A DNA stretch of 63,407 nt, counting the filler, from Phoronis australis (taxonomy: Eukaryota; Animalia; Phoronida): assembly GCA_002633005.1 (NCBI GenBank). It is 8 parts of 8 records of this genome, joined end to end, with 100 filler letters (N's around TTAATTAATTAA, not from the genome) between each part and the next. Parts side by side here need not be neighbours in the genome. Positions count along the whole stretch, not along the records: positions 52,305 to 58,747 come from NMRA01000028.1; positions 58,848 to 61,154 come from NMRA01003747.1; positions 61,255 to 63,407 come from NMRA01003825.1; 5 more parts are not named here. One strand, 5' to 3'. The notes under the pieces are model-generated. The model was given only the letters and a program-made list of their open reading frames with translations, ran no database searches and was not told where the DNA came from. Below are positions 52,313 to 63,407 of this stretch, piece by piece. How positions within the stretch are numbered: position 1 is the stretch's first letter; each line of letters opens with the position of its first letter. Position numbers and translations under genes: made by a program.

Positions 52313-52720
52313 CTGGGCCCGGTCTCCAATCTTTTTACTCGAAATGGAACTCGAAATTAGGTTTGGCATTTTCTACTCTACTTTTGGGCGAACTCAAGAT
52401 AATTGTCTATTATTCTATGCTCGAGTACACAATAACGTACGTAGATAATTTATTGCCCTTAGTTCACAGTTTGTAAATTCGATATTAAAAGCAATAAGTT
52501 CGAGTTTGAACTCGAAATTTCGAGTTGTTACTCGAGTTTGTAGCACGAATATAAGGGTCTTCAAGGGCAAACTTGAACTAGAAACTCCTATGCATAAACT
52601 ATAATGTATTCGAGCACAGTCTGATAACCAATTATCTTAAGTTCGCACAAAAGGAGCATAGAAATTGCCAAAAATAGTTTCGAGTTCGTTTCGAGTACAA
52701 AGATTAGAGACCGGGCCCAG
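52313..52720 (+). mobile_element. Full-length 408-bp MITE, possibly PIF/Harbinger-derived
   Basis: TIRs CTGGGCCCGGTCTCCAATCTTT / AAAGATTAGAGACCGGGCCCAG; further copies at 27530-28173. The superfamily is inferred only from the CWG-GGCCC ends. Confidence 0.85.
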
Positions 52721-55700
52721 GTTACAATCAAGCGATGGTTATGATCCAAGCTCTAACACGGTGGCGCGTTTACTGATGTCCTTGCCCGGTTCTCATTCTA
52801 AAACCGCTCCTATCGGTAATGGTGTGCATCAACTTGGAACCACACTTAATCTCGACTGACATCACATGCGATATGCGTGTTATAAAGCGCCATTAAACCA
52901 GGATTTCTGTTAAAAAATTAGAGTTGTGATTTAACAGGTCACTTTATAGTATTGCATCCTCAGTCAGCTCGCAAGTGAGCTGGAAGAACTGGAAGTTAAT
53001 TTGTTATTTTTTCAGACCAAGCTCATAAAATAACAGGTCACCACAAGTCCAGAAATCGTACTTATTTTGACTAAGGAACAATTTGAGGCCGATGTTATGA
53101 TAACGGGAAGTGGTCTAAATCAAAACTTGTTTTAAAGCACCGGGGGAGGTATGGTGCTGGTTTATAACTCCAGTTTCTACCACCGTACGAGGAAGAGATT
53201 TGCGGCGGTGTGACCCCCCCGAATCTAAAGGGGAACATTCAGTTTGGTAGTTCATAGTGATCTGGGTGGACTTTTCTGTGCCTCTCACTGATAAGCCCTG
53301 TGTAAACTAATGAACAGAGTGTCCGATTTAATGACGTTTACAGACAGCTTTTCTAATTTTGTAATCGTTACGGAACATGTTTTAGCATTAAGACCTCAAC
53401 ACAGGAATCCATAAAACTAAGTAGGGGTGAAAGTTAAAACCATAAATACACTAAATCCATATAGGCGGCTCCAACAGGCGAGACTTTTTGACAAAGGTTA
53501 AATGAAACAAGTACAGAAGGTGGAAAATATGCATCCAGGCGCATTACTTGATGTGAAAGAATATATAGGCAGTAGGCCTAAGTTCCGGAAGTCGTGACTT
53601 GTAATTTTTCGCAGATAGTACATTTACGTGTAGCCTAAGCCGTGCACTAAACAGACATAAGGCACGATCATAATTAAGCTGTAGCTGCTGTGTCTGGCAA
53701 ATAAAATATTTAAATATTTCACGACTTCACCACGCCGTCTGTTAGCGACCTAGAGAATGTTTACCACGTTCGTGTCGTGTTTGGATAAATTATTTACTGT
53801 GGGTTTGTACCCACGAAACACTAATCCTGACAAGCCACTTTTCCAAAGAAAGTAAGAATCGTGGAGCTCGTTCATATTTTTCATAATGGTTAGCGATTAC
53901 AACCATCTGCCGTTAGATGCTTTGTATGATTTTATTCGATCGTTTAATCAGCAACATGAGCATTCTGATTTGAAAGCTGGTTTATGTTTAGTGTACACAC
54001 GTCTCTCAGTAATTGGCTTCAACAGCGACAACGAACTATAAAGTCGTCTGCGCACATGTTGTAGATGGTTACTGTACTACAAGTGTTAATATTCAACAGT
54101 ATTCCGACACTTTCATAATACTCCTGGCATTCTGGTCGCTCAGAAACTTCGTAGCGTCATGAGCCTACGTGAACGACAAAAACATGGCCTCGGATGCTGA
54201 AAATATGGCCTCCGATGCTGAAAACGTAGCGATCGAGAAGAAGAACTTACTCGTTATCCGTGGGCTGCATAGGAAACGACAAAGAGTTCCAGTCCGAAGC
54301 AGTTGTAGTGTTTAAACAGTGTGTCACAGATATCATACAGTAGGTCGCTTGAGTTTGCTGTGGCAAAACGAAGCCACAGTCCACCACGATTCAACTTGAA
54401 GGAAGCCCGAACTAAACTAACATCTGGAGAAACTTGATATGATTACTCCGGCAGACCTCCAGTTCCAGGGTACATGCGTTGTCTGGCAACGATATTGTTT
54501 CTAGGCAAAATCCTATATCGTAACAGAGTAGGCCTACAAAGCACTATCTTTAACTTTTTGGAAAAGTGAAAAACAGTTCAGGTATTTTTATTACATTTTC
54601 AAGCCTCCCTATAGTGATCAAACGAAGAAGCTCCAATCACGTGCATGTTCATTTTGAAACGTTTCGGGAAATTACCTCAACATCAGTTGCAAAATTTTAT
54701 GCATTTACACTCAACTTACTCGTCCGGCGGGTAACGTTTATCTTACATTACGATAGCGTGGTGGGCATGCACAATTGAACGCTGCCGGCTAATTCGTGAA
54801 CCGCGGTCGCAATAAAAAAGACTTGTACAAAAAAAAGAAAACTTCCAGTGTTCAAGACACTAAAACTGACCCAAACAGAGTGCTTTTTGGCTTAATAGCT
54901 TATAATAAGCCATACAAATGAAAATAAACCTCCAATATTGTAAAACTGTACTTGATATGTTAAAAAAATGTTACTACGTTGTTATCGACACTCCACAAAA
55001 CACTGAAATTGTGAACAAACGAAGCAATAATTTATTTTCCGTCTAATCTACCCAACTTTCTTAACACTCGTGTACATTTTGATCACAAACAACAGTTACA
55101 GTGAATCAAACGAAAACCTTGATGTCTGCGACCCTTTTGAGAACCAAATTTCTTAAAGAACATTGTCGTTTTTGCTGCCGATAAGAGCATTTTTGAAATA
55201 ATTGTTGAATAGGGTAGACTTTTGTCAACGTTGACCAGAATAATAAAACAAACAAAATCGGTTGTTCTGTGAGTTAACTACAAATCGCCAGTTATCGCCG
55301 TGACCTGTCAGACATTTGCTCAAACTAAGACCAGTGACTTTCCTATCTAAAATAACCTGTCATTTATTGAGTGAAACTAAGCTCCGCCAGCAGAGCATTT
55401 ACTTGCGACCGCGAAGTTTGCAGCTTTGTTCGTTTTCGCGCTGTGGCTAAATTATGAAAATCACTTTTCTCGTCAATACGAAGACGGAAACAACGATAAC
55501 GGCAGTGTAATGAGAGACTTGTTTTCTCCGGGTTGTGACGGAAATGAGATGTTTCCGGCGATATTTATATACCTGGCTGATTAAAATAACTGTGTATTCA
55601 TTCAGTTCTGAGAGCAGACAAAAAACAAGTTGTTCGTTCATTTACTTGTACACATTTCATTTCAATGCCAAATGCGTTTAAAAACAACTGGTATAACATT

Positions 55701-57072
55701 TCAGTGACACCAAAAAGAAGTATTATCAGCAAGTTTATTCAGGTTTTCTGACGGAGAGTTTTCGAAAATTGAGTAACATTGGCGGACGACCAGCAAACTT
55801 ACTCAACCTTGGGTAACAATGGATGTTGAGAGGGGCAGGGTTTTCAACCTTGAACTTTTCATGTTGAAGCAGGTGATAGGCCCTAAAAGCTCATTCATGT
55901 TTTTTTTTGACAAGGCTGATTCATCTTTCTCACGATTATTATGGAGTAATCCTGTTCAAGCTTACTAAGCAGAGAACAAAGATATTCATTGAGCGAGGAT
56001 GGCAATACGGAGATGCAGCAAAAACTCGTGTTAGGGGAAGAGTCGAAGAGTGTGTAACCAGCACGAACTTGGTTGCATCTCCAAATTTATATTGCGGGTG
56101 ATACTGGAAGGAGGATTGCCAGAGACTATCCCGGTGCCTACCCTCTGACGTCACCTCAGAAACAGAAACAGAAACAGAAACAAAAAGCTTGAACAAATGC
56201 TGTGCCCGGCCATGCTTTGTTTGTGCCTGTTTGTGTCGTGTATTTAGCTACGTATTGTGCTCGGCACGAAACACACGACACAGTAGAAGTCAAGCGTTAG
56301 AAAATTGTCGGAGTGAATCTGTGTTACGCGTTATTTTATGAGGCCTTTACATGAAATTGAGAGACTTTAAACCGTGGAGAGGCTCCGTAGGCGGCACGAG
56401 AACTTCGCAAAAACTCAAGATTACGCAAATATATTATAAACGAAGCATGACATCACACTAGTTTTTCCGACCAGCTAAAATTCAAATTAAACCCAAATTT
56501 TCATATATTATTTAATCCAAAGCCACGTGTCCGTGTGTACTATTAATCGAGGAAGTAAGCTCCGAAGCGTTTTCTTGAATCGCTGGTTTCGATGTCAACT
56601 GGGAGAAATGCAGTTTTAAGATGCAGTCCATATAAAAACCAGTAGATTTTCAAAAATCATTCTATTCATCAAAATTCAAAACAACTTCATTTTTTGTACA
56701 TGGATAGGTATCCTAACAAAAATGTAAATGCCAGATTTTGTGCACTCAGTGACCCATAATTTCGCCGTTGGAGCACTAGACCGCAATTGGTCATATTAGC
56801 CATCTCCAAAATTGTTATGTTTTCAGCAACGAAAATAAGTAGCTTACAAAATAGATTGCAGGTTGTACTTTGGTGGCTGGAGTAACCGATGTATACTGTA
56901 AATAATTATATGGCATTTACTCAAATCATAGACTATAGTACATGGACCGCCAACTCCGTATACTTTCAATGGACGAAATCTGTGATCTTACGCATAAGCC
57001 CTTACGTCATTATTCACTGGCGACACCTGGCTAAATTTTCTGGTGCAATTTCCGGCAAGTACGTCGTCTGCT

Positions 57073-57231
57073 AATCATGACTGTGTGGCCGGTTGTTCGA
57101 AATGCAAAGGAATTAGCTTCCATATCATCCGAAGACCCCATAATCGGCTGTGGGAAGAAAAGCTTACTTCTTGTGTCAACGTGAATGGCAGTTGTTTCAG
57201 CAATAAGACTTTATACATTTGTTCAAGGCAT
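57073..57231 (+). pseudogene. Degenerate THAP domain
   Basis: NHDCVAGCSKCKGISFHII...RLW...LYICSRH: THAP-like spacing with the first Cys and the post-His Phe altered. Confidence 0.55.
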
Positions 57232-58149
57232 AATGAGCCAATCTCACTCCTAATGTAACAAAAGGGTCCCGTGCATAAAGGATACTAAGTATTGCCCTTC
57301 TGAAATATTACAGTATTCGCCCTAATAAGCGGTCAGGGCGCTTTGAAAAATCCGCTTCAAGAAGGGGGCGCTTATTATAGCCCAAAAGTGGTTGAAACCC
57401 GGTCTCCGAAACGGGTGAAATCGTAAGCTAGAATTCATAAAATTTACGCTCTGTGACGAATCTGTAACCTATGACAGAGTTTCTACAAAACTGCAGTGCA
57501 TTGCTATCAAACTTTGTTGTCAATTTACGAGCATTTTTCAGAAAATCCCACTGCCAAAAATTGCCGTGAATCAGGTTTCAAGCTCCTCAGCTTGGTTTAA
57601 CTATTTATTAAAGGCGAAGGCAACCTTTTTCATGTCATTTTTAGCAAAATAGGGTTCGTTGATTATCCCAGACATATTTTTCACTTATTTACAGCTTTTC
57701 GTAATTTAATCAATTACTCGTCTTCTACTCCGGAAGTGACGTTTTGGGAGGCAAGAATTTCGCGCCAATTTCTTTTCATACAGTCTGACTGTGAGAGCAG
57801 TCGAGTCAGTCATTGTTCTACCTCGGTTGTGATAAGTTCGGTCGTCGTTTGCTTTTGTTTACGAGTCAGTCAACATGCCACGCTGTTGCTGCCTACCGAG
57901 AAGTACTCATTATCGTCTCATGTACAGAGGAAGAACTGTCCCACTTGCCCGAGTGTCCCGCGACACACTCCCAGTGGATGGTGACTTGAGCACCGAAACT
58001 GCTTACATCCCGCCGTGCGACTCCCTCGTCACACACGTGGCACCTTCTAGATAGCCCCAATACAAGTCCACAATAAACCTATCAAACTAGCTTAGGCTCA
58101 TCGATCTGTTCATTGGATGACGAACTGTCCTTTTCACTGGGTGCCAAGC

Positions 58150-58311
58150 TGGGCCTGCCTCCCGTTCAGTAACGCTAGGACCTCGCTAAAAAGCAAGACT
58201 TCGCGAGATTACGTGAGATATTGCCGTGCATTTTAAATGAGAACACGTGACTTTGACTACGCTTTAGCTAGGTCCTAGCGTAGATCTTAGCGTCTACTGA
58301 ACGCACGCCTG
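58150..58311. mobile_element. Palindromic MITE; partial second copy at ~47352-47447
   Basis: Inverted arms cgttcagta/tactgaacg and cgctaggacct/aggtcctagcg; ctcgctaaaaagcaagacttcgcgaga is shared with ~47360. Confidence 0.65.
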
Positions 58312-58499
58312 TATTCACTCCCACTACTCAACATCGCTGCAGGGCTGCTTACAGGCTCTGGGCTAGAGACAACAGCACACAGAGAATCACTGCTATTTCC
58401 TGGAATTGCATGCTATGGGGAACGTTCGGAGGCATGGGTGACAGTAGATGAAGTGCAGTGCCCCCAGTCACTGTTTATAGTGGCCATAGCTCGCGAGGC

Positions 58500-58747
58500 T
58501 TATCGCTTCAAAAACGCACTTCTCGGGGGTGGCGACGGGGCACTGCCGGGAATCAACAGCGACGGTATGGAACCCTTCTTTAGGCGTTGTTTCGCAGGGA
58601 CCTTCATCAATTCAGCGTACATATCTCTCAGTCGTAATCTGACGGCTGAAAATGCTTGCCACTGATTTGTACGTTGCGTGAAAGGGTAGCGCTGCGTCCT
58701 TCACACGAACGAACTAGCCAAGTACGGCGAAGTGTGTCATCCTTCGG
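58500..58747 (-). pseudogene. Frameshifted THAP domain (C-terminal two-thirds), cut by the contig end
   Basis: Not in the ORF track. Reads PKDDTLRRTWL...QISGKHFQPSDY/RDMYAELMKVPAKQRLKKGSIPSL...RSAFLKR*, which includes the AVPTIF-box equivalent. The third Cys is mutated to Ser. Confidence 0.8.
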
Positions 58748-58847
58748 NNNNNNNNNNNNNNNNNNNNNNNNNNNNNNNNNNNNNNNNNNNNTTAATTAAT
58801 TAANNNNNNNNNNNNNNNNNNNNNNNNNNNNNNNNNNNNNNNNNNNN
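58748..58847. other. Artificial contig spacer
   Basis: 44N-TTAATTAATTAA-44N. Confidence 0.98.
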
Positions 58848-58982
58848 TGTTATAGTGAAGTATCAAGGTTCCCTTACTTTACAGTGTTGTTATAGTGAAG
58901 TATCAAGGTTCCCTTACTTTACATTGTTGTATTAGAGGATTATCAGGGTTCCCTCACTTGTTGTTATAGTGAAATATTGAGG
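58848..58982. repeat. 40-bp tandem repeat at a contig start
   Basis: tgttatagtgaagtatcaaggttcccttactttacagtgt, ~3.5 decaying copies. Confidence 0.85.
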
Positions 58983-60980
58983 CTGCCCTGTTTGTCCATT
59001 TTTGATTCTCTACGTGGCAAAACCTTGTATTGTACCTAAGTCCTTGACTTCAAACAATGTTAGGTGTATTGACTGTTAAAATTTTTTAAATAACCGCAGT
59101 CGCAAAGAAATTCATAAAACGTGACGTTTTGCTTTGTTAACTTTACTACCATCATAAGTGTTTGAATAGAAATGTCTGTTGAACCTCAGTAAACAAGCCA
59201 AACCTTGTGAACTAAATATATTACAAATTTCTTTGTGATGACAGTTATTTTAAAATTTCTAAAATCTCTGTGACAAACGACTAATGTTAGTACAAGGTTC
59301 TCTGTGAACAAAGACTTAATCATGGAGCACAATTTTGCATCCTGATATTCTTTTTTGATCCACAAAAACAACTGTGGTTGCACAGTTTTCTCTTGCTTTA
59401 TGTCAATATTATTAGTAAAATACTACTAATAATAATAGTATGCCCATCACTGTGCAACGACACTATTGCAATCGGTTGTCTTGTAAAGCAGACAAAACTC
59501 AGTCTTCGAACATGGCTCAAGTTTTAGAAACACGGTGCAAACCATTTGTTTGAGTCCATATAGGGAGAATACCACATTTCACATTGTTTCTTTCAATCTG
59601 TGAGAGAGTGACATGCACTGGGAAATTAAATCCGTTATGTGTCCATCTTTAGGCTACCGTACTCTCAAATTGGTCTCATTAATTCTTTCCTGAGGTGCAA
59701 ATTGAACTTTACCGTGAGAACTGATAAATTTACTGATGCCACAATTTGCAACTTTTTTACTCCGATATGGTCTTTCAAGACGAGGATTTGGAGGGAGGTC
59801 CAGAGATTTCAAACCGTCTTGCAATCTTTGTCCATCACTTTATTGGAACCTCTTGCATTTAAGTTCCATAGAATTAGTTTCCTCTGAGAAAACCAAGAAC
59901 TTGCAAGCTTTTATTGCAATCAAAGCACATGATGACATTAGCTTCCTTAGCGAAATTCTTGCTTCCACAAAGCTGTACTCTCGTCACAGTTCTAGCTTGA
60001 GAATGTTCGTAGGTTATGGCCTGTTAATTGAGGTTAAAAATTTTGCTGCACCCTTACATAAATGGGCATTGCATGAAGCCTATTCCCCAGTTACCTGTAC
60101 TGGAAATGGATTCTTGTAAGCTTGGTCGTTGAAAGTTTGGATCATCATATCTCAGAAACAGCGGATTGGATTCACGTGAAAATTTGTTGTGCTTTATACA
60201 CTGTTCCCAAAAATGCCATGAGAAATTGTTTTTAAAATGTTCTACTTTTGTTTGAAGGGCTGTCAATAAATAGAACTTTTATGATTTTCATAAACAAAAT
60301 TAATTTTGCATAAAACGAAAACAAAATGCTATTTTAGACAGCTAGCATTTTTGAGATCAAATAAATTTTGATATCGTTGTTTTGCTATTAATTTACCTTT
60401 CTTTTTGCTATATTTTACTAAAAAGACATGATCATGTGACCCAATTCACAGAGTGGTAAAAAGTTGAGAGTCAAATATTGCAGTCATTCTACTTTAAGAA
60501 AATATGTACTTTTACCAAGTTAAAATCTACAGTTTCTAGATATTTGGCTGAATAGCTAGACCTGTCAGTGAGGTCCTACATGACTATATTCAACCCAGGC
60601 TTTATTGTGCCTAACACTTCATATTCAACCCAGGCTTTACTGTGCCTAACACTCCATTTGAAGAATGATGTTAATTAATGCTGCTCAACATGTTGGTGAC
60701 AAATGTTTGCTGACTGTGATTAAATGTCCCATTAGACAGTTTACTGTTAAATTGTGATGAAGCATGGGAAATCACCAGGTGATTAGCCACTGGGCTTTGG
60801 TATTGTACTGATTTCCCAGGGTCTGCCAAATCTCCCACTATTCATGGTATTACTCCCAGATTCCGACTGGTTGAATGTGAAAACAGATGATAGACTTGTG
60901 TGAAAGAATTGTCGTGAAGATTTTGGTGTAGGTGGCGTTGACACCCGAGTTGAGTTCTCTAGACGCAAGAATGTTAGTAA

Positions 60981-61154
60981 AGCTTGTGTGATACCGTGCA
61001 TCACTTGGTTAAGGCATGGCTATAGCTTGTGTGATCTCATCACTTGGTTAAGGCATGGCTATAGCTTGTGTGATCTCATCACTTGGTTAAGGCATGGCTA
61101 TAGCTTGTGTGATCTCATCACTTGGTTAAGGCATGGCTATAGCTTGTGTGATCT
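60981..61154. repeat. 39-bp tandem repeat running into a contig end
   Basis: (agcttgtgtgatctcatcacttggttaaggcatggctat)n, just over 4 copies. Confidence 0.95.
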
Positions 61155-61254
61155 NNNNNNNNNNNNNNNNNNNNNNNNNNNNNNNNNNNNNNNNNNNNTT
61201 AATTAATTAANNNNNNNNNNNNNNNNNNNNNNNNNNNNNNNNNNNNNNNNNNNN
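61155..61254. other. Artificial contig spacer
   Basis: 44N-TTAATTAATTAA-44N. Confidence 0.98.
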
Positions 61255-61439
61255 AGCGCTGCCTTTTGAGAATTCGACTAGCCAATGGGAAACGCATATG
61301 TAAAAAAATTTCCCGAGGAAAATTAAGTGATACCTGCGTGCTGGTTACTGGCCACCTAGCGGCACGCAGGGAACCAGCGAGGATATTCACAAGCCACACA
61401 TAGTGTGTTTAATTTCATATGCCGGTGTGTCGTAAGAAT

Positions 61440-61510
61440 GAGATAGTATCTCGTTATAACGAGATGCTATCTCGTTATAATGAGATAGTATCTTGTTATA
61501 ACGAGATAGC
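61440..61510. repeat. Tandem ~21-bp palindromic units
   Basis: ATCTCGTTATAACGAGAT palindrome iterated about 3 times; probably a MITE interior. Confidence 0.75.
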
Positions 61511-63219
61511 TTGGTTGTTGTAATAAGTTAGTATCGACGATTTTCTTTTTTTCAGGTGGCCTATTGATCCGCCGTAGTAAATTGATTTAGATTTCATTTT
61601 TATTTTATTTTACTCGCATTCAAACAATGCAATTTCTCCAACCAAATGGGCTTATCTACTTGTAAAACTTTCAAACAACATGTCGTGGGAATAGACGACT
61701 TTTTGGGCCGCTCAAAAATAAATATTTCGACAATGAGACTATGAACAGGAAAGGAAAACACGAGAAATGAAGTCCAGTTATCAAAAACAGAAATGATTGC
61801 TAGGCATTTCTGTTGATGCCTGATATTACAAGATAATGTCATGTTTTTCGTCTGAAAATACCATATGTGGAGATAATCTAACCGGGATAGAATTTCGCAA
61901 ACGCAAGAATCTCGCCCGAGGAAACTAGTGTGATGACGTGCTTCCCTTGTAATACCAGGCGACATTTCCCGATTTCTTGCTTTTCTCGTAAGAAAAAAGA
62001 AGCAAGTGCGATGAGAGCTTCGCTTGTAATACAAGAAACTAAGTCTACGGAACCCACGCCATGTTGTTGCGAAGTAACTGTAAATTGTCCTCTAAGTTTA
62101 CTTATATACATGCGCGCACATTTAGACCCATGCACCATGCACTCGGAAAAAATAACCAATCATCAAGATTAGAGCGTGCCGGAAACTACGAGTCAGTTAT
62201 TGTGTTAGGTAGGTATTTGTAGGCTCAAGTTATAACTTAGAATGCAAAGTGCATTTGTGCAGGTGTGGTGAAATCGTCAAGTCCATACCCCAAAAAAGAC
62301 TCCCTGATCCCTGAAATTTTCTATGTTTTCAAATATTTTTCAAGAGTGAAACTAAATAGCCCCGGTCTCTCCCTTTTAACAGAGTGACCTCTGTATCGGA
62401 CTTCACCTTCAAGTCCTTGTGAGCGAGTAGATAGCCACCCCATTATTGACCCCAAATGACAAAATTTGGTCCACTATGATTATGGACTTTTTAGTCGGCG
62501 AATTAATTTGTCCACGCAGCATAATATCATAAAACACGATTGAAGTCTCACGGAAGACGTGACGCCTCCCTCGAGAGCTGTCGTGCCGGTGGCGCTGATG
62601 ATTGACGTATTGATGTTGGCTGAACGTGATTGGTTACTGTGAGGGCAGCCAACCTTTATGTTCAATGAAATCTCAGAAAACGACAGATTGACATCGCTCG
62701 CTCGACTTACACGTTTGTACAACAGCAAATCGAGGAAGGTGAGTTGTGTTCTGTTACGCAGTTCAAATATCATGCATTATGAACCATAATAATCTTCAGT
62801 CAACAGAGCCATGACATTTGCATGTCTCTTTGTAAGTAGTCTATGTTTTTAAATTAATATCGTTAAGTACATTATCATCTTTAGTTTAGAGGAGTGAAGC
62901 AAAAGTAGCATATATAATATCTATTAGAGTTTGCATAACGATGTGAAAGAATAGTTACTTAACATATTTCAAATTCGCGTAGATATTAAAGGCATAACGT
63001 AGTAATGATTCAGGAACCCACTGTAAAAACTATAATAAAACATTAAATTTGCATCTAATAATTCAGTAAATAGTTATAAAACACAAATGCATCTACGTGC
63101 TACCTGATTAAACCGAACAAGAGTGCAGTAAACATAAAATCAAAGTTAGGACGACTTTTTAAACTACGATGTGCATCTGTTTAATTTTCAAGTTGTTTCC
63201 ATAATCATAAAATGTAATT

Positions 63220-63407
63220 TGATGTTTTTGTTACTCGTAGTGAAATCATTGACGTTCGTTATACATGAATTAAGGACACCACGTTAAGTGTTGGGAATAT
63301 GATGTTTTTGTTACTCGTAGTGAAATCATTGACGTTCGTTATACATGAATTAAGGACACCACGTTAAGTGTTGGGAATATGATGTTTTTGTTACTCGTAG
63401 TGAAATC
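63220..63407. repeat. Perfect 80-bp tandem repeat to the window end
   Basis: gatgtttttgttactcgtagtgaaatc at 63221, 63301 and 63381. Confidence 0.95.

Noticed and set aside
4313-58747. One composite system of PolB, THAPs, RT and the EGF peptide
   Set aside because: The parts lie mostly on different contigs, most are pseudogenised, and no shared element boundaries exist.
60783-61206. ORFs beside and within the 39-bp repeat
   Set aside because: One is a repeat translation; the other has no homology or splice signals that I can support.
15488-61254. Recurrent TTAATTAATTAA motif between N runs
   Set aside because: Identical 100-bp synthetic linker seven times. It is not biological, and no gene linkage can be inferred across it.

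Overview
This window is not one locus. It is eight eukaryotic contigs joined by seven artificial 100-bp spacers (44N-TTAATTAATTAA-44N). Spliceosomal introns, a metazoan kinase and the repeat types point to an invertebrate animal; a mollusc-like lophotrochozoan is my guess only. Supportable genes: (1) the six 3' coding exons of a MAP2K7/MKK7 orthologue (minus strand, 42382 to 32314); (2) an intronless secreted EGF-like peptide precursor with a shifted cysteine pattern (14010-14345, minus); (3) the transmembrane exon of an unidentified single-pass protein (24692-24897, minus). The rest is repeat-rich: a frameshifted Polinton/Maverick-type protein-primed PolB fragment with an inserted VSR-like nuclease, a LINE RT relic, three decayed THAP domains, several MITE and Helentron-like families and many minisatellites. 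I see no CRISPR array or prokaryotic system and cannot support a new multi-gene system. The most interesting items are the EGF-like peptide and the intronic tandem repeats that copy MAP2K7 exon ends together with their splice donors.
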